A stretch of 64,000 bases of DNA from an uncultured bacterium (GTDB taxonomy: Bacteria > Abyssobacteria > SURF-5), in contig CAZSKP010000016.1 of the NCBI GenBank assembly GCA_964607485.1, positions 37,052 to 101,051 of the forward strand, given 5' to 3'. The translations under genes and the position numbers were made by a program. Under the pieces are notes generated by a model that made no database searches, was not told where the DNA came from, and worked only from the letters and a program-made list of their open reading frames with translations. Positions 28,423-38,299 of this stretch are shown piece by piece; position 1 is the first letter of the stretch; every line of letters starts with the position of its first letter.

Positions 28423-28520
28423 AAACCTCTTGTTTCTATCGAGGAATCTCGTTATTTAAAGTCAGGGATGAGAGGGCATAATCGTTCATCTGGTTCGGGG
28501 TTCCCTCCCTTGCTTTGATA

Positions 28521-28537
28521 TTGCAAGAACTTTGCCT
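28521..28537 (-). promoter_or_regulatory. sigma54 promoter (-24/-12)
   Basis: Minus strand AGGCAAAGTTCTTGCAA = GG-N10-GC, about 100 bp upstream of 28422. Confidence 0.6.
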
Positions 28538-28575
28538 TTTGGGATGTTTGAGGAGAAGCATTGTAACCATATATT

Positions 28576-28588
28576 TATCAATATGTTA
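28576..28588 (+). promoter_or_regulatory. IHF binding site
   Basis: TATCAATATGTTA matches WATCAANNNNTTR, just upstream of the sigma54 site. Confidence 0.55.
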
Positions 28589-29063
28589 ACAGCAAAATAG
28601 CGGCTGAGTTGAGAGGGATGGCCGGCCAAGAAGTGTAATGTTACGATGCAATACAGGAAAAAAAAGAGGAAAAAGCAAGCGCTTAGGGCAAGCAGGAGAA
28701 GAGATTGCGATTATTCGTAATATTGCGTTACATTTCTGCCGATCTCTTCATGCATTTGCGCTGAAAGCTCCTTTGTTTCCCGTCGTTTATGGCGAAATGT
28801 GCGTCTTATTTCAATATGCAGAGTATATTGAGGAAAAACTGGGGGGAACTTCTCACGCCGGCGGAGAACGAAAGAATTTTTTCCCGCCGGCTGTCGGGCG
28901 CGAGGAACGCTCGCCGTTTTTCGGAGTGGGTCTCAAGCGGTCGGAAGGAGGAGGGGGAGGATAAGCGATCCCAGCAAGTCGGCACAGAGATGATGTACTT
29001 GAAGCTGTACTTGCCTGTCCTCCCCTCCCTGATTCGTGGCCGCTTGCTGTGGAGACTGGATTT

Positions 29064-29420
29064 CTAGGCCGAGAGCAAGTGGGGCGAAGAGAAAACGAGC
29101 GCTCTTGTCTTTCCGTCGTGAATGTTGCGCCACGTGTGGGGCGCGGTGGATTCCAGATAGATGCTGTCGCCCTTGTCGAGAATGTAGGAGACATCGTTGA
29201 CGAAGAATTCCAGCTTCCCTTCGAGCACATAGTACCATTTTTCGCCCACGTATATTTCCGTTACCTCGCTGGCGGCCCCAGGCTCGACGGTGACGACGGC
29301 AGCCTTCAACTCCTTGCACTTCGCTCCATGGGTCAGTTGTTCCAGCTTGAGGCTTCCGTTCAAGAGATTGTGAACCAGGCCGGCGCCCTTGCGAACGACG
29401 AAATGTTCTCCTCCCGACAT
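29064..29420 (-). CDS. Stand-alone cupin domain protein (XRE-cupin C-terminal type)
   Basis: YVLEGKLE...LDKGDSIYLESTAPHTWRN; GGAGAGG before ATG 29420. Confidence 0.8.
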   Translation of the reverse strand: MSGGEHFVVRKGAGLVHNLLNGSLKLEQLTHGAKCKELKAAVVTVEPGAASEVTEIYVGEKWYYVLEGKLEFFVNDVSYILDKGDSIYLESTAPHTWRNIHDGKTRALVFSSPHLLSA

Positions 29421-29551
29421 GGCCTCTCCACTTCGCGACGGCCCCGCAGTCTGCGGCGATTCCCTCTCCCTCCCCCGTGAATCCATACAGAAACCTCCTC
29501 CCCTCACGACACGGACCCGCATTGCTCACAAGAAATATATGAAGCTTTTTC

Positions 29552-29941
29552 TCAAGACAGAGGCATGCGGCGCGCGGTATCCTTGCCGCCTCGCCATGTC
29601 TCTTGTGCAGCTTTCAATAGTTTTTCGCTCGTCAGAGTTCCCTCTATCACGGGATATTCGAGCGTCAACAGAGGGGGTGACGGAACATTTCCCGATTGGG
29701 GAAAATTCAGGAAAATCCTCGGGCTTCTTTCAAGCGCCTCTATCGCCCCCAGCAGCGCATAAATCTCTACATTCAGATGGTTCGCATTCAAGACCACGGC
29801 GTTGTACTCGTTCTTCTCGATCAGACGAAGCAGCTCCAGCGTCCCTTCGCAGACATCGAGCCACCACCCGTGGGTCTTCATCTCGCTCTGCAACCGCTTG
29901 GAAGCGGCGGGGTCGGCCTGGTATATGAGCACTCTGTTCAC
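29552..29941 (-). CDS. Degenerate receiver-like protein
   Basis: REC-like topology (RVLIY, YNAVVLN) but no phospho-Asp and no KP motif. Confidence 0.55.
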   Translation of the reverse strand: MNRVLIYQADPAASKRLQSEMKTHGWWLDVCEGTLELLRLIEKNEYNAVVLNANHLNVEIYALLGAIEALERSPRIFLNFPQSGNVPSPPLLTLEYPVIEGTLTSEKLLKAAQETWRGGKDTARRMPLS

Positions 29942-29988
29942 TGATTTCGCCAGCCTACAATGACAAAAACACCTTTTCCCTTCTGTAG

Positions 29989-30004
29989 AGCAATTGCAAT
30001 GCCG
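29989..30004 (-). promoter_or_regulatory. sigma54 promoter (-24/-12)
   Basis: Minus strand CGGCATTGCAATTGCT = GG-N10-GC, upstream of 29941. Confidence 0.65.
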
Positions 30005-30232
30005 TTGCAGGCGCCCAGCTGCTGAAATGCTTAAGTATTTGCCAAATACAGACTTACAAAACTTGCGGAGAGGATTGTCTTTTCACTCTGTGTCGTGAAA
30101 CAAGACAGATGGGAGGGAGCGGTTATCGGGGTAACGGCAGGTAATACCCCAAATTACTTAGAGCTGCGGGCAGCGTGGGGGACAAAGGTCTCGTGTTCCG
30201 ATTCAGGACACACGTCCTGCGGTATGCACGGC

Positions 30233-31603
30233 TCACCCGCCCGGAGAAAGAGGAATCCCGAATCTTTTCAAAAGATTGTAGAGTCGCGAGCGGCTGATGC
30301 CGAGAGCCTTCGCTGTCTCCTTCTTGTTTCCCTTATTCGCCGCCAGCATGCGCACGATGTGTTCGCGTTCCACGTCTGACAGCGTTTGTGCCTCAGCCGG
30401 CTTCTCCGGAGCGTTCCGGTCCGTTTGGAGTAATGCAGATTCGAGGAACCCGGCGGGCTCGAGCTCGTCGCCGGCCGCCAAGAAGAAACTCCGTTCAATC
30501 AGGTTGGCCAGCTCGCGCACGTTTCCCGGCCAGTGATGGTCTTTGAGCAGGTCCTTCTGTTTGCTTTTGAAGCGCTTCTTTGTGCCTTTCGCTCGGTTCA
30601 GGCATTCGAGGAAGTATTCGGCTAACAGGGAAATATCATCCGGTCTCTCCCGCAAGGGTGGAACGACGAAGCGCAGCACTTCGAGCCTGTAGAAGAGGTC
30701 CTCGCGGAACCGGCCCCCGGCAATTTCGTCTCGCACGTTTCGGTTCGTGGAAGCGATGATGCGGACATTCACCTGGAGTTCCCTGGAGCCGCCCAGCCGC
30801 CTGAATTTGTTCGTCTCGACGACGCGCAGCAGCGCAAGCTGGTTGGCGGGAGCCATTTCGCCGATTTCGTCGATAAGGAGCGTGCCGCCGTGGGCGATTT
30901 CCAGGAGTCCCTGCTGGCTGTCCACCGCCGTGGTGAACGCTCCTCTTTCGTGGCCGAAAAGTTCATTAGCCAGTAGCGTTTCCGGAAAAGAGCCGCAGTC
31001 GAGAACGACGAATTGAGCGTTTGCGCGGGGGCTTTGCCGGTGGATCTCCCGCGCGACCAATTCCTTGCCGGCGCCGCTCTCGCCCTCGAGCAAGACCGAG
31101 CAATCGGCCCGCGCCGCCTGTTCGATGAACCGGCGTATTTCCAGCGCCTTCCTGCTTGTTCCGACGAATTCGCCGGTAAACGTGACGCGTTTGAGTTCTT
31201 TTTCCAGCGCGACATTTTTCCGTTGAAGCTGCTTCTTCTCAAACGCTTTTTCGATCAGGATTTTCAGTTCGTCGAATCTGAATGGTTTGTTCAGGTAATC
31301 GTAGGCGCCCAGTTTCATGGCCTCGATCGCGGTCGCGACCGTGGCAACGCCAGTGAGGATGATTACCTCGATTGACGGGTGCGCCTGCTTCAGTTTGGCC
31401 AGCAGCTTGATGCCGTCCATTCCCGGCATGCGGATATCCACGAGCGCGACATCGAGCAGGTTTTCGCGCGCAATGGCGACGGCCTCCTCGCTGGTGGCGG
31501 CTCCGAGCGCTTTGAATCCCTTTCGCTCGAGCCGCTCGCATAGTCCCAGCCGAAACGGGTCCTCGTCGTCCACGACCAACAGTCGGATCGGTTCAACAGC
31601 CAT
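30233..31603 (-). CDS. sigma54-dependent response regulator (NtrC/ZraR type)
   Basis: REC (VDDE, DIRMPG), GESGAGKE, GAFTTA, FREDLFYRL, WPGNVREL and Fis HTH. Confidence 0.95.
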   Translation of the reverse strand: MAVEPIRLLVVDDEDPFRLGLCERLERKGFKALGAATSEEAVAIARENLLDVALVDIRMPGMDGIKLLAKLKQAHPSIEVIILTGVATVATAIEAMKLGAYDYLNKPFRFDELKILIEKAFEKKQLQRKNVALEKELKRVTFTGEFVGTSRKALEIRRFIEQAARADCSVLLEGESGAGKELVAREIHRQSPRANAQFVVLDCGSFPETLLANELFGHERGAFTTAVDSQQGLLEIAHGGTLLIDEIGEMAPANQLALLRVVETNKFRRLGGSRELQVNVRIIASTNRNVRDEIAGGRFREDLFYRLEVLRFVVPPLRERPDDISLLAEYFLECLNRAKGTKKRFKSKQKDLLKDHHWPGNVRELANLIERSFFLAAGDELEPAGFLESALLQTDRNAPEKPAEAQTLSDVEREHIVRMLAANKGNKKETAKALGISRSRLYNLLKRFGIPLSPGG

Positions 31604-34600
31604 GGCCGGCGCTCCCCACCGCCTCGGCATGGCCCGGCAGTGTTACTGTGAACGTGGTTCCCTGTGCGGGAGAGCTCTCGACATCGAGCTTCCCGTTCAT
31701 CTCTTTGACGATATAGAAACATATGGAAAGGCCGAGCCCGGTGCCCTCGCCCTCGGGCCTCGTTGTGAAAAACGGGTCGAAGATGCGGTGCCTTATCTCG
31801 TCGGGAATGCCGTGTCCCGAATCCTTGAATTCGACGCAGATGCTCCCGTCGTCGTCAAGGCGGGTGATGACGGCTATCGAACCGCCCCCATCTGTGGCCT
31901 TCAACGCGTTGTTCAACAGGTTCACAAACACCTGTTCGAGTCGATTCGGGTCGCCGCGGAAAAGGGGACGCCGCTCATCCAGAATCATTTCGACCTCGGG
32001 CTTCTCATCGGCCAGGCGGACGACCAGCCCGACCGTCCTCTTCAGAAGTTCGTTGATGTCAAAAGTCTCCTCCCTGCTCTCGGGAGTTCGGCTGAACGAC
32101 AAGAGGTGATTGGTGACCGACTGGCACTTTTGCACTTGGTCTTCCGTTATCCTCAGGTACTTGTCCAGCCGCTCGAACAGGGCGTCCCCCAGCTTTTTCC
32201 GCTCTTCATCGAGGATTTCGCGCATGAGTCCCGATTGGATGTCGATGGTGGCGACGGGATTGTTTATTTCATGCGCCACCCCGGCGGCCAGTTCGCCGAG
32301 GGCGGCCAGCTTGCTGGAATGACGGAGTTGAAATTCCATGCGGTTGCGCTCGGTCACGTCCCGCCCGATGACAACGACATATCGTTTGTCGCCTTCGTAA
32401 AAGAAACCTGCGCGAGCCTCGGCATCGAACGTCGTGCCGTCCTTCTTCCTGCCTTTGAACTGGATGAGCTCGTCAATCTCTTCGCGGGCGTCGAGCTTGC
32501 TCCGCACCCACTGCAAGACGGGGAGGGCCTCTGGAGAAAAGTAGTCCAGAGGATTGATGTCAGTCAGGTCGTCCTCTTCCGTGTACCCGAACGTCTCGAG
32601 GAGCGCCTTATTGCGGTAGATCATGCGGTGGTCGAAGAACAGGGCGATGCCGTCCCGGGAGGTTTCGAAAATCGACTGGAGGTTCTTCTCCCTGCGGGAA
32701 ACCTCGGCGTAGAGGTTCGCGTTTTCCATCGCCACGGCGATCTGGTTCGCCAGGCCGGTCATCAAGTCGAGGTCATCTTTGCCGTAGGGGTTTCCCTCTC
32801 TGCGCACGATCGTGAACGTTCCGCCCAGCTTATTCTTTGCAATCAGCGGAACGATCAAGACATTTCGAAAATCAAGTATCTTCGTGTGAGCGCGCCTGGC
32901 CAGCAGAGGATGTTTCAAGATATCCTCCAGAATGAGGGGCTGCCTGGTTTCGGCCACGTGTCCATGGAGACCTTCGCCCGCTTTCATTCCATCGGTTCCG
33001 CGGATGAATTCCTCCGAAAAGCCTCGGTGCGCACAGTAGTTCAGCGTCTGGGTGTTTTCGTCGTACAGGTACATGGCGGCTGCGTCTGAATCCGTCACGC
33101 GAGGAACAGTGTCCATTGCCAGTGCAAGGACGGTCTCGAGGCTGAGGGTCTGGTTTACGGTGTGGGCGAAATCATAGAGCACCCTGAGTCTCTCATTCTG
33201 CCTCTGAATCGCTTCCTCCTGCTCCTTGTGCTTGGTCACGTCGTGCGCCAGCCCGAGGAAGCTTTTGGCCCGCCCATTTTCGTCCCAGAAGATGACGCCG
33301 CTCTGCTCGATATGACGCACTCTCCCCGTCCGGGTGAGAATGCGCAATGGGAAGTTGGGCTGCCGGTCTCTCTTTATCACCATCTCGCTGAGCCTGTTGG
33401 CGGCCCGTTCGTAATCGTCGGGGTGGATGATTTCGGAGACGCGGACTTTTCCGAGGTCTTCGGGACCGTATTCAAGGGCTTCCAGCGCATATCTGTTGGC
33501 GTCGGATATGACCCATGTATCGAGGTCCAAGACATAGAAGATGTCGGGCGCCTCGCAGAACATGTTTCTGTATCTCTCCTCGCTCTCCCGCAGGGCTGCC
33601 TCCATGCGTTTGCGCTCGGTAACGTCTCGCGATACGGCCAAGAGCGCCTTCTCGGCTCCCGGCCAGTGGATGGGATCGACATTGCTTTCCACCCACTTGA
33701 CCCTTCCGTCCTTGTCGATTCGGCGGCACTCGAAATTGCGGACGGGTGTGCCCTTCAATGCCCCCCGGAACAAGCGCAGGGTTTCTTCGCGGTCTTCGGG
33801 ATGCACCATATGGAAGAGGCCGACGTCGTTCGTTTCATCGACCGTATAGCCGGTGCCTGCTCGATATGCCTTGTTCGCGAACAGTACCTTCGCGTTCTGA
33901 TCGGCAACGACGATCATGTCGTGTGACGAGTCGAGTATTCGGTGAGACCGTTCTTCCGAAAGCCGAAGCTCTTCCTCTATTCGTTTCCGGTCGGTGACGT
34001 CGCGCGCGACCGCCAACACGGCTGTCTCGACTCCCGGCCACTGGATAGGGTTGGCGTTGGCCTCCAACCATCTGATCTCTCCGTTCTTTCTGATGCTGCG
34101 ATACTCCATGTTCCGGGCGGGTGCTCCGGCCAACACGTTCCGGAATTGACGCAACACTTCCTCGCGGTCGTCCGGATGGATTGTCTCAAAAACCTGGGGA
34201 CCGCTCAATTCTTCCAAGGTGTATGTCACGTTGTCATGCCATGCCTTGTTGGCATACAGCACTTCCGCGTTTGTCCCCATAATGACTATGTAGTCAAGCG
34301 TCGTATCGAGAATCTGGTGGTGACGCTGTTCCGAGAGCCGAACCGCCTCCTCCATTCGCTTGCGTCCCGTCACGTCTCGGACGACGCCGATGCAGTCGTA
34401 GGGCTCGCCGCTCGCGTCGCGCAGGATCGTGGCATTCTGCTCCACATCGATGTAGGAGCCGTCGGCCTTTCGGAGCCGGAAGGGATAATTGACCTGTCGC
34501 TCGCCTCCCGATAGCGCGCGCCTGAATTGTTTCGTCAGCCGCTCGCGGTCATCGGGATGGATCAGGGCGAGAAAATGCATCTTGCCCCACATATCCTCCC

Positions 34601-35153
34601 TTCTGTATCCGAGCGTTTCTTCGGCGAAGTCGTTGCAACTGTTGATGATTCCCGTCTTTGGGTCGAGTGAATATATGATGTCCTTGGCTCCCTCGATAAG
34701 AGTCCGGTAACGCTGTTCGGATTCCTTCAACGCCCTTTCAGTCGACTCCTGCTCGGTAATGTCCCTTATGATGACCGCAACGTGCTCCACCGAGCTTCGC
34801 TCCCCCGGGATGGGACAGTAAGAGACATCCATGTATCTCCTCCCGAGGTCAGGATACGTGACCCAAATCTGGTGGTTTACCGTCTCGCCGGCAAGGCATC
34901 TGTCCAGGCAGGGCTTGAGTATCTCATCAAAAACCTGCTGCCCCATGATCTCGGCCACTCGTCGTCCGACAACCTCTTCTTCTGGCTTGTGGTGCCTCTT
35001 AACGCATGATGGGTTGACCGCCCGATAAATATAATTCCTGTCAACGATCACGATCGGGTTGGGAAAACTCCGGAGGGCTTGTTCGTATAGTTTGAGCCGC
35101 ATGTCCTTCGCCTTGAGTGAATCCGTTTGCTTCTTCACCTTAGAGGAGCTCAT
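31593..35153 (-). CDS. Cytoplasmic multi-PAS/GAF sensor histidine kinase
   Basis: Six PAS/PAC repeats (IHPDD..., RDVT), one GAF, AHEINNP, NLLNNA, DSGHG, DPFFTT and GTGLGL; no TM helices. Confidence 0.95.
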   Translation of the reverse strand: MSSSKVKKQTDSLKAKDMRLKLYEQALRSFPNPIVIVDRNYIYRAVNPSCVKRHHKPEEEVVGRRVAEIMGQQVFDEILKPCLDRCLAGETVNHQIWVTYPDLGRRYMDVSYCPIPGERSSVEHVAVIIRDITEQESTERALKESEQRYRTLIEGAKDIIYSLDPKTGIINSCNDFAEETLGYRREDMWGKMHFLALIHPDDRERLTKQFRRALSGGERQVNYPFRLRKADGSYIDVEQNATILRDASGEPYDCIGVVRDVTGRKRMEEAVRLSEQRHHQILDTTLDYIVIMGTNAEVLYANKAWHDNVTYTLEELSGPQVFETIHPDDREEVLRQFRNVLAGAPARNMEYRSIRKNGEIRWLEANANPIQWPGVETAVLAVARDVTDRKRIEEELRLSEERSHRILDSSHDMIVVADQNAKVLFANKAYRAGTGYTVDETNDVGLFHMVHPEDREETLRLFRGALKGTPVRNFECRRIDKDGRVKWVESNVDPIHWPGAEKALLAVSRDVTERKRMEAALRESEERYRNMFCEAPDIFYVLDLDTWVISDANRYALEALEYGPEDLGKVRVSEIIHPDDYERAANRLSEMVIKRDRQPNFPLRILTRTGRVRHIEQSGVIFWDENGRAKSFLGLAHDVTKHKEQEEAIQRQNERLRVLYDFAHTVNQTLSLETVLALAMDTVPRVTDSDAAAMYLYDENTQTLNYCAHRGFSEEFIRGTDGMKAGEGLHGHVAETRQPLILEDILKHPLLARRAHTKILDFRNVLIVPLIAKNKLGGTFTIVRREGNPYGKDDLDLMTGLANQIAVAMENANLYAEVSRREKNLQSIFETSRDGIALFFDHRMIYRNKALLETFGYTEEDDLTDINPLDYFSPEALPVLQWVRSKLDAREEIDELIQFKGRKKDGTTFDAEARAGFFYEGDKRYVVVIGRDVTERNRMEFQLRHSSKLAALGELAAGVAHEINNPVATIDIQSGLMREILDEERKKLGDALFERLDKYLRITEDQVQKCQSVTNHLLSFSRTPESREETFDINELLKRTVGLVVRLADEKPEVEMILDERRPLFRGDPNRLEQVFVNLLNNALKATDGGGSIAVITRLDDDGSICVEFKDSGHGIPDEIRHRIFDPFFTTRPEGEGTGLGLSICFYIVKEMNGKLDVESSPAQGTTFTVTLPGHAEAVGSAGHGC

Positions 35154-35355
35154 GGCCGATTTCTCCGCTTAAGTGTCCTTCTCAGCCTGTGTAGAAAAGT
35201 TTGCAACATTCTATCATCAGCCTTTGCCGGTTGACAAGGGGGAGGGGAATGAGGGCTTGTCCCGTCCGCCTGAAAATCGTATTGCCGGTTTAATTGACAG
35301 CAAATTCGGGGGTCTGGTAGGATACGACTGTGGTATTGCCTCAGGTGTCTGAAGG

Positions 35356-36102
35356 ATGCAGCGAATGACCGGGAGGAAGAAAAAGAAGAAGTTCAGATGG
35401 CTGCGAGACCTGGGCAAACGGCTCGCGGTCTGGATGGTCCCTCCCCTGTATAACTCCTACATGTGGCTCGTCTATCACACGAGCAAAAAGACTTACATCG
35501 GAGTGCAGAAACTGTGGGAGTTGACCGCCCGGGGGGAAAATGTGCTCGGCGCAGTGTGGCACCAGGACGGATTCATCAGCCCGTTCTGTCACCGCGGCCA
35601 CGACATCCTCACAATGGTCAGCCGCAGCAGCCTGGGAAACGTCCTGACGGAAATATTCCGCAAATGTCACTTCATTCCCGTTCGAGGCGGCAGTTCCGGG
35701 GGCGGCAAAGAGGCGCTCGCCGAGATCATCGAATACATCAACACTCACAAGGGCGCGCTGTGCGGCATCGCCGTTGACGGGTCGCGCGGCCCCGAGCGAA
35801 AGGCGCGAATAGGAATACTGCTGATTGCGCAGGCCACGGGCGCGCCCGTTTATCCGATGCGCTCGTGGGCAAAACGCAGGCTGTTCGCGCCCACGTGGGA
35901 CAGAACCCTCATTCCGCTCCCCTTCAATCGTCTCGTCTTCATTTTGGGGGAACCCATCACCGTGCCCGCCGATGCCGACCGTGAAGCCCTGGAGAGCCTC
36001 CGCGCGGAACTCGAGCGCCGGCTCAACCAGCTTGTCGAGCGCTCCGAGAGGTTCTTTGACGAGCGGGCCGGCGAGGCCGAGACGGACATCTCGGGGGCGT
36101 GA
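35356..36102 (+). CDS. DUF374/lysophospholipid acyltransferase family protein
   Basis: VWH, VRGGS, DGSRGP and TWDR..IPLPF. Confidence 0.85.
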   Translation: MQRMTGRKKKKKFRWLRDLGKRLAVWMVPPLYNSYMWLVYHTSKKTYIGVQKLWELTARGENVLGAVWHQDGFISPFCHRGHDILTMVSRSSLGNVLTEIFRKCHFIPVRGGSSGGGKEALAEIIEYINTHKGALCGIAVDGSRGPERKARIGILLIAQATGAPVYPMRSWAKRRLFAPTWDRTLIPLPFNRLVFILGEPITVPADADREALESLRAELERRLNQLVERSERFFDERAGEAETDISGA

Positions 36103-36136
36103 TGGGGGCGAGCGATTAGCCGCCTGCGCCCGGCGG

Positions 36137-38179
36137 TTACGTCTGGCAGGAATCTATCTTCGCGACGACGTCGCGCGAGATTCTCTCCAACACGTAGTGC
36201 TCGTGTCCCGGATGCGTGACGGTCAGCTCTTCCAGCTTCTTCAGGTATTCCAGCACCGCCAATGCGTACGTGGCATGGCTCCAGGTGAGCGGAGACACGG
36301 AGAGCGGCTCGCCCGTGTAGGGATGCACTTGTTCCGCCAGCACCCCGGAGGGCAGCGCATGTCGGGCGACCCAGTCGAGCACTTGAAGCGGCTGCTGTAA
36401 GTCCTCGGTCGTTTTCGCGCGCGCGATTCCATATTGAGCCATCCACAGTGTGCAGATGAACCACGGATTCCCCGGCACGTTCTTATCGTTGCCCGCCGCC
36501 CGCTGGTACGTGTCGCCCGCGTACCTGGCCACTCCGCCCACGTTGGTCCTGACGGAAAGCTTTTCGCAGACCGCGTCCATCGTGCTTGCGACGCGTGGGT
36601 CTCTCGCGTCGAACACGCCAAAGTAGAACGCGCCGAACAGGCTGGCATCGACCGCGTCGTCCTTTTGAAATCCTCCGTCCATCGGGACAATCATTCTCAG
36701 GAACCTGCCGGCTGATTCGCTGTACAGATGCTCGACCATGGCGGCTTCTATCTCCGAGGCCCCGTCCATGTAGGTCGAGTGCTTCTCCATCTCGCCGAAG
36801 GCCTTGGCGAAGCTGGCCGCCGCCCTCAGCCCGGCGATCACGGAGGCCGTCGTGAACGTGAGTATGCCCCTTCGTTCCTCCCACAGGTCGTAGCTGGGGT
36901 AGGGGAGGCCCGTCCGCTTCTCTCGATACTGGAGCATGAAGTCCGCCGCGGCCTTTATGAGCGATTTGTACAGCGGCTTGATGAACTCGATGTCGCGGTA
37001 CATGTCGAAATGGTTCCACAGCGCCCATATCACCAGCGCGGTCTCATCCTCCTGGATGGGAAGCTGCATGCCGTTGTTCTCCACCCACGGATGCCAGGAA
37101 CTGCCGAGCGAGCCGTCGGGATTGTACTTATGCAGCAGGTAGCCGCGCTTGTGAATGGCATTGGCACAGAATTGGTAGAACCTTTGCGCGGGTTCGGAAT
37201 AGCCGGCGATGTCGAGAACGTGCGCCACCAGCGCTCCATCGCGCGGCCACATGTAGCTGTATGTGTCGCGGTCGAAATGGAGTATGTCGGAGTCGTTCGC
37301 GGCAACGATGGCTCCTTCGTTGTCTATCTGTGTCCTCAAGATCAGCAGGCTTCGCTTGTAAAGCCGCCGGATGTTCTCGGGAAGGACGGACAGGTCGAAC
37401 TCCTCCTTTTCCACCCACAGCCGCCAGTAATCCGCTGTCCGGCGGATGAGAACCTCGGGCCGGCGCTCGTGTATTATCGCGTTTGCGACCCTCACGTCCT
37501 CATAGCATTTTCCCGCGGCCATCCAGTAGTAAAGCGTCGTGTCGCCGCCCGGCTCCACCTTGCACTCTATTCCCATCACCGAATCCACGGAGCCTTGCAC
37601 TATCGGGTTGCCGCTGAGGACGCCGTCCTCGGCGTCGCGCCACGTGCCCTCCCAGCGTGCAGACCCCTTTATTCCCGTTGCGTACTGGAACCCGCCGCAC
37701 ATTGTCTCCGTGCAACTGCTCATCAGGAAATACGCCCGCCTCTTGTAGTGTATCAGTGAGTTCGTGCCGGGGTCGAAGTAGGCGGTGTCGCCCACGTCGG
37801 TGTTGAAGATGTTGAAGTCGTGATGGAAAAACACGCGCACCTCGCGCGCGCGGTCGCGCTTGTTTCGCACCGTCACCCGGCGGAGGAACACGTTCTCGTG
37901 AAAATCGACCGCGTCGGCGCACTCAAGCTCGATTCCGAGCGCGTCGTTCTCCAGGCGCACGTCGGTCACCAGCGTGTCGTCGTGGTAGTCGAGGCTCCGC
38001 TTCCATCCGTCGGACCTCACCCACGAGAACTCGCCGTCCACCCACACGCCAAACCGGAACGCTTGGCCCTCGGTGTGGTTCTCCATGCCCACGTGCGGGA
38101 AATAGACGTCGCATATCTCGTACGACTTGTTGAAAGCCACCAGAAGCGAGCCGTTGCCTACGGGTATGTCGCGCGGCAT
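36137..38179 (-). CDS. Glycoside hydrolase family 15 (glucoamylase/trehalase-like)
   Basis: YSYMWPRD, QEDET, DLWEE, LAEQ and PLTWSHA. Confidence 0.93.
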   Translation of the reverse strand: MPRDIPVGNGSLLVAFNKSYEICDVYFPHVGMENHTEGQAFRFGVWVDGEFSWVRSDGWKRSLDYHDDTLVTDVRLENDALGIELECADAVDFHENVFLRRVTVRNKRDRAREVRVFFHHDFNIFNTDVGDTAYFDPGTNSLIHYKRRAYFLMSSCTETMCGGFQYATGIKGSARWEGTWRDAEDGVLSGNPIVQGSVDSVMGIECKVEPGGDTTLYYWMAAGKCYEDVRVANAIIHERRPEVLIRRTADYWRLWVEKEEFDLSVLPENIRRLYKRSLLILRTQIDNEGAIVAANDSDILHFDRDTYSYMWPRDGALVAHVLDIAGYSEPAQRFYQFCANAIHKRGYLLHKYNPDGSLGSSWHPWVENNGMQLPIQEDETALVIWALWNHFDMYRDIEFIKPLYKSLIKAAADFMLQYREKRTGLPYPSYDLWEERRGILTFTTASVIAGLRAAASFAKAFGEMEKHSTYMDGASEIEAAMVEHLYSESAGRFLRMIVPMDGGFQKDDAVDASLFGAFYFGVFDARDPRVASTMDAVCEKLSVRTNVGGVARYAGDTYQRAAGNDKNVPGNPWFICTLWMAQYGIARAKTTEDLQQPLQVLDWVARHALPSGVLAEQVHPYTGEPLSVSPLTWSHATYALAVLEYLKKLEELTVTHPGHEHYVLERISRDVVAKIDSCQT

Positions 38180-38299
38180 GATGCGCTCCTCTCTTCCTGA
38201 TCTTCCCTGAGGTCAAAAACCGTAACTAAAGGTGCGGACGGAGTAACGTTTATTTACAGTATGACGCGGGAATTCGTTTGAGGAAAGCCGGTGCGCCGG

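Noticed and set aside
28638-29067. Plus-strand ORFs in the AT-rich intergenic gap
   Set aside because: No clear RBS, motifs or typical codon bias. The region is better explained as sigma54 regulatory DNA.
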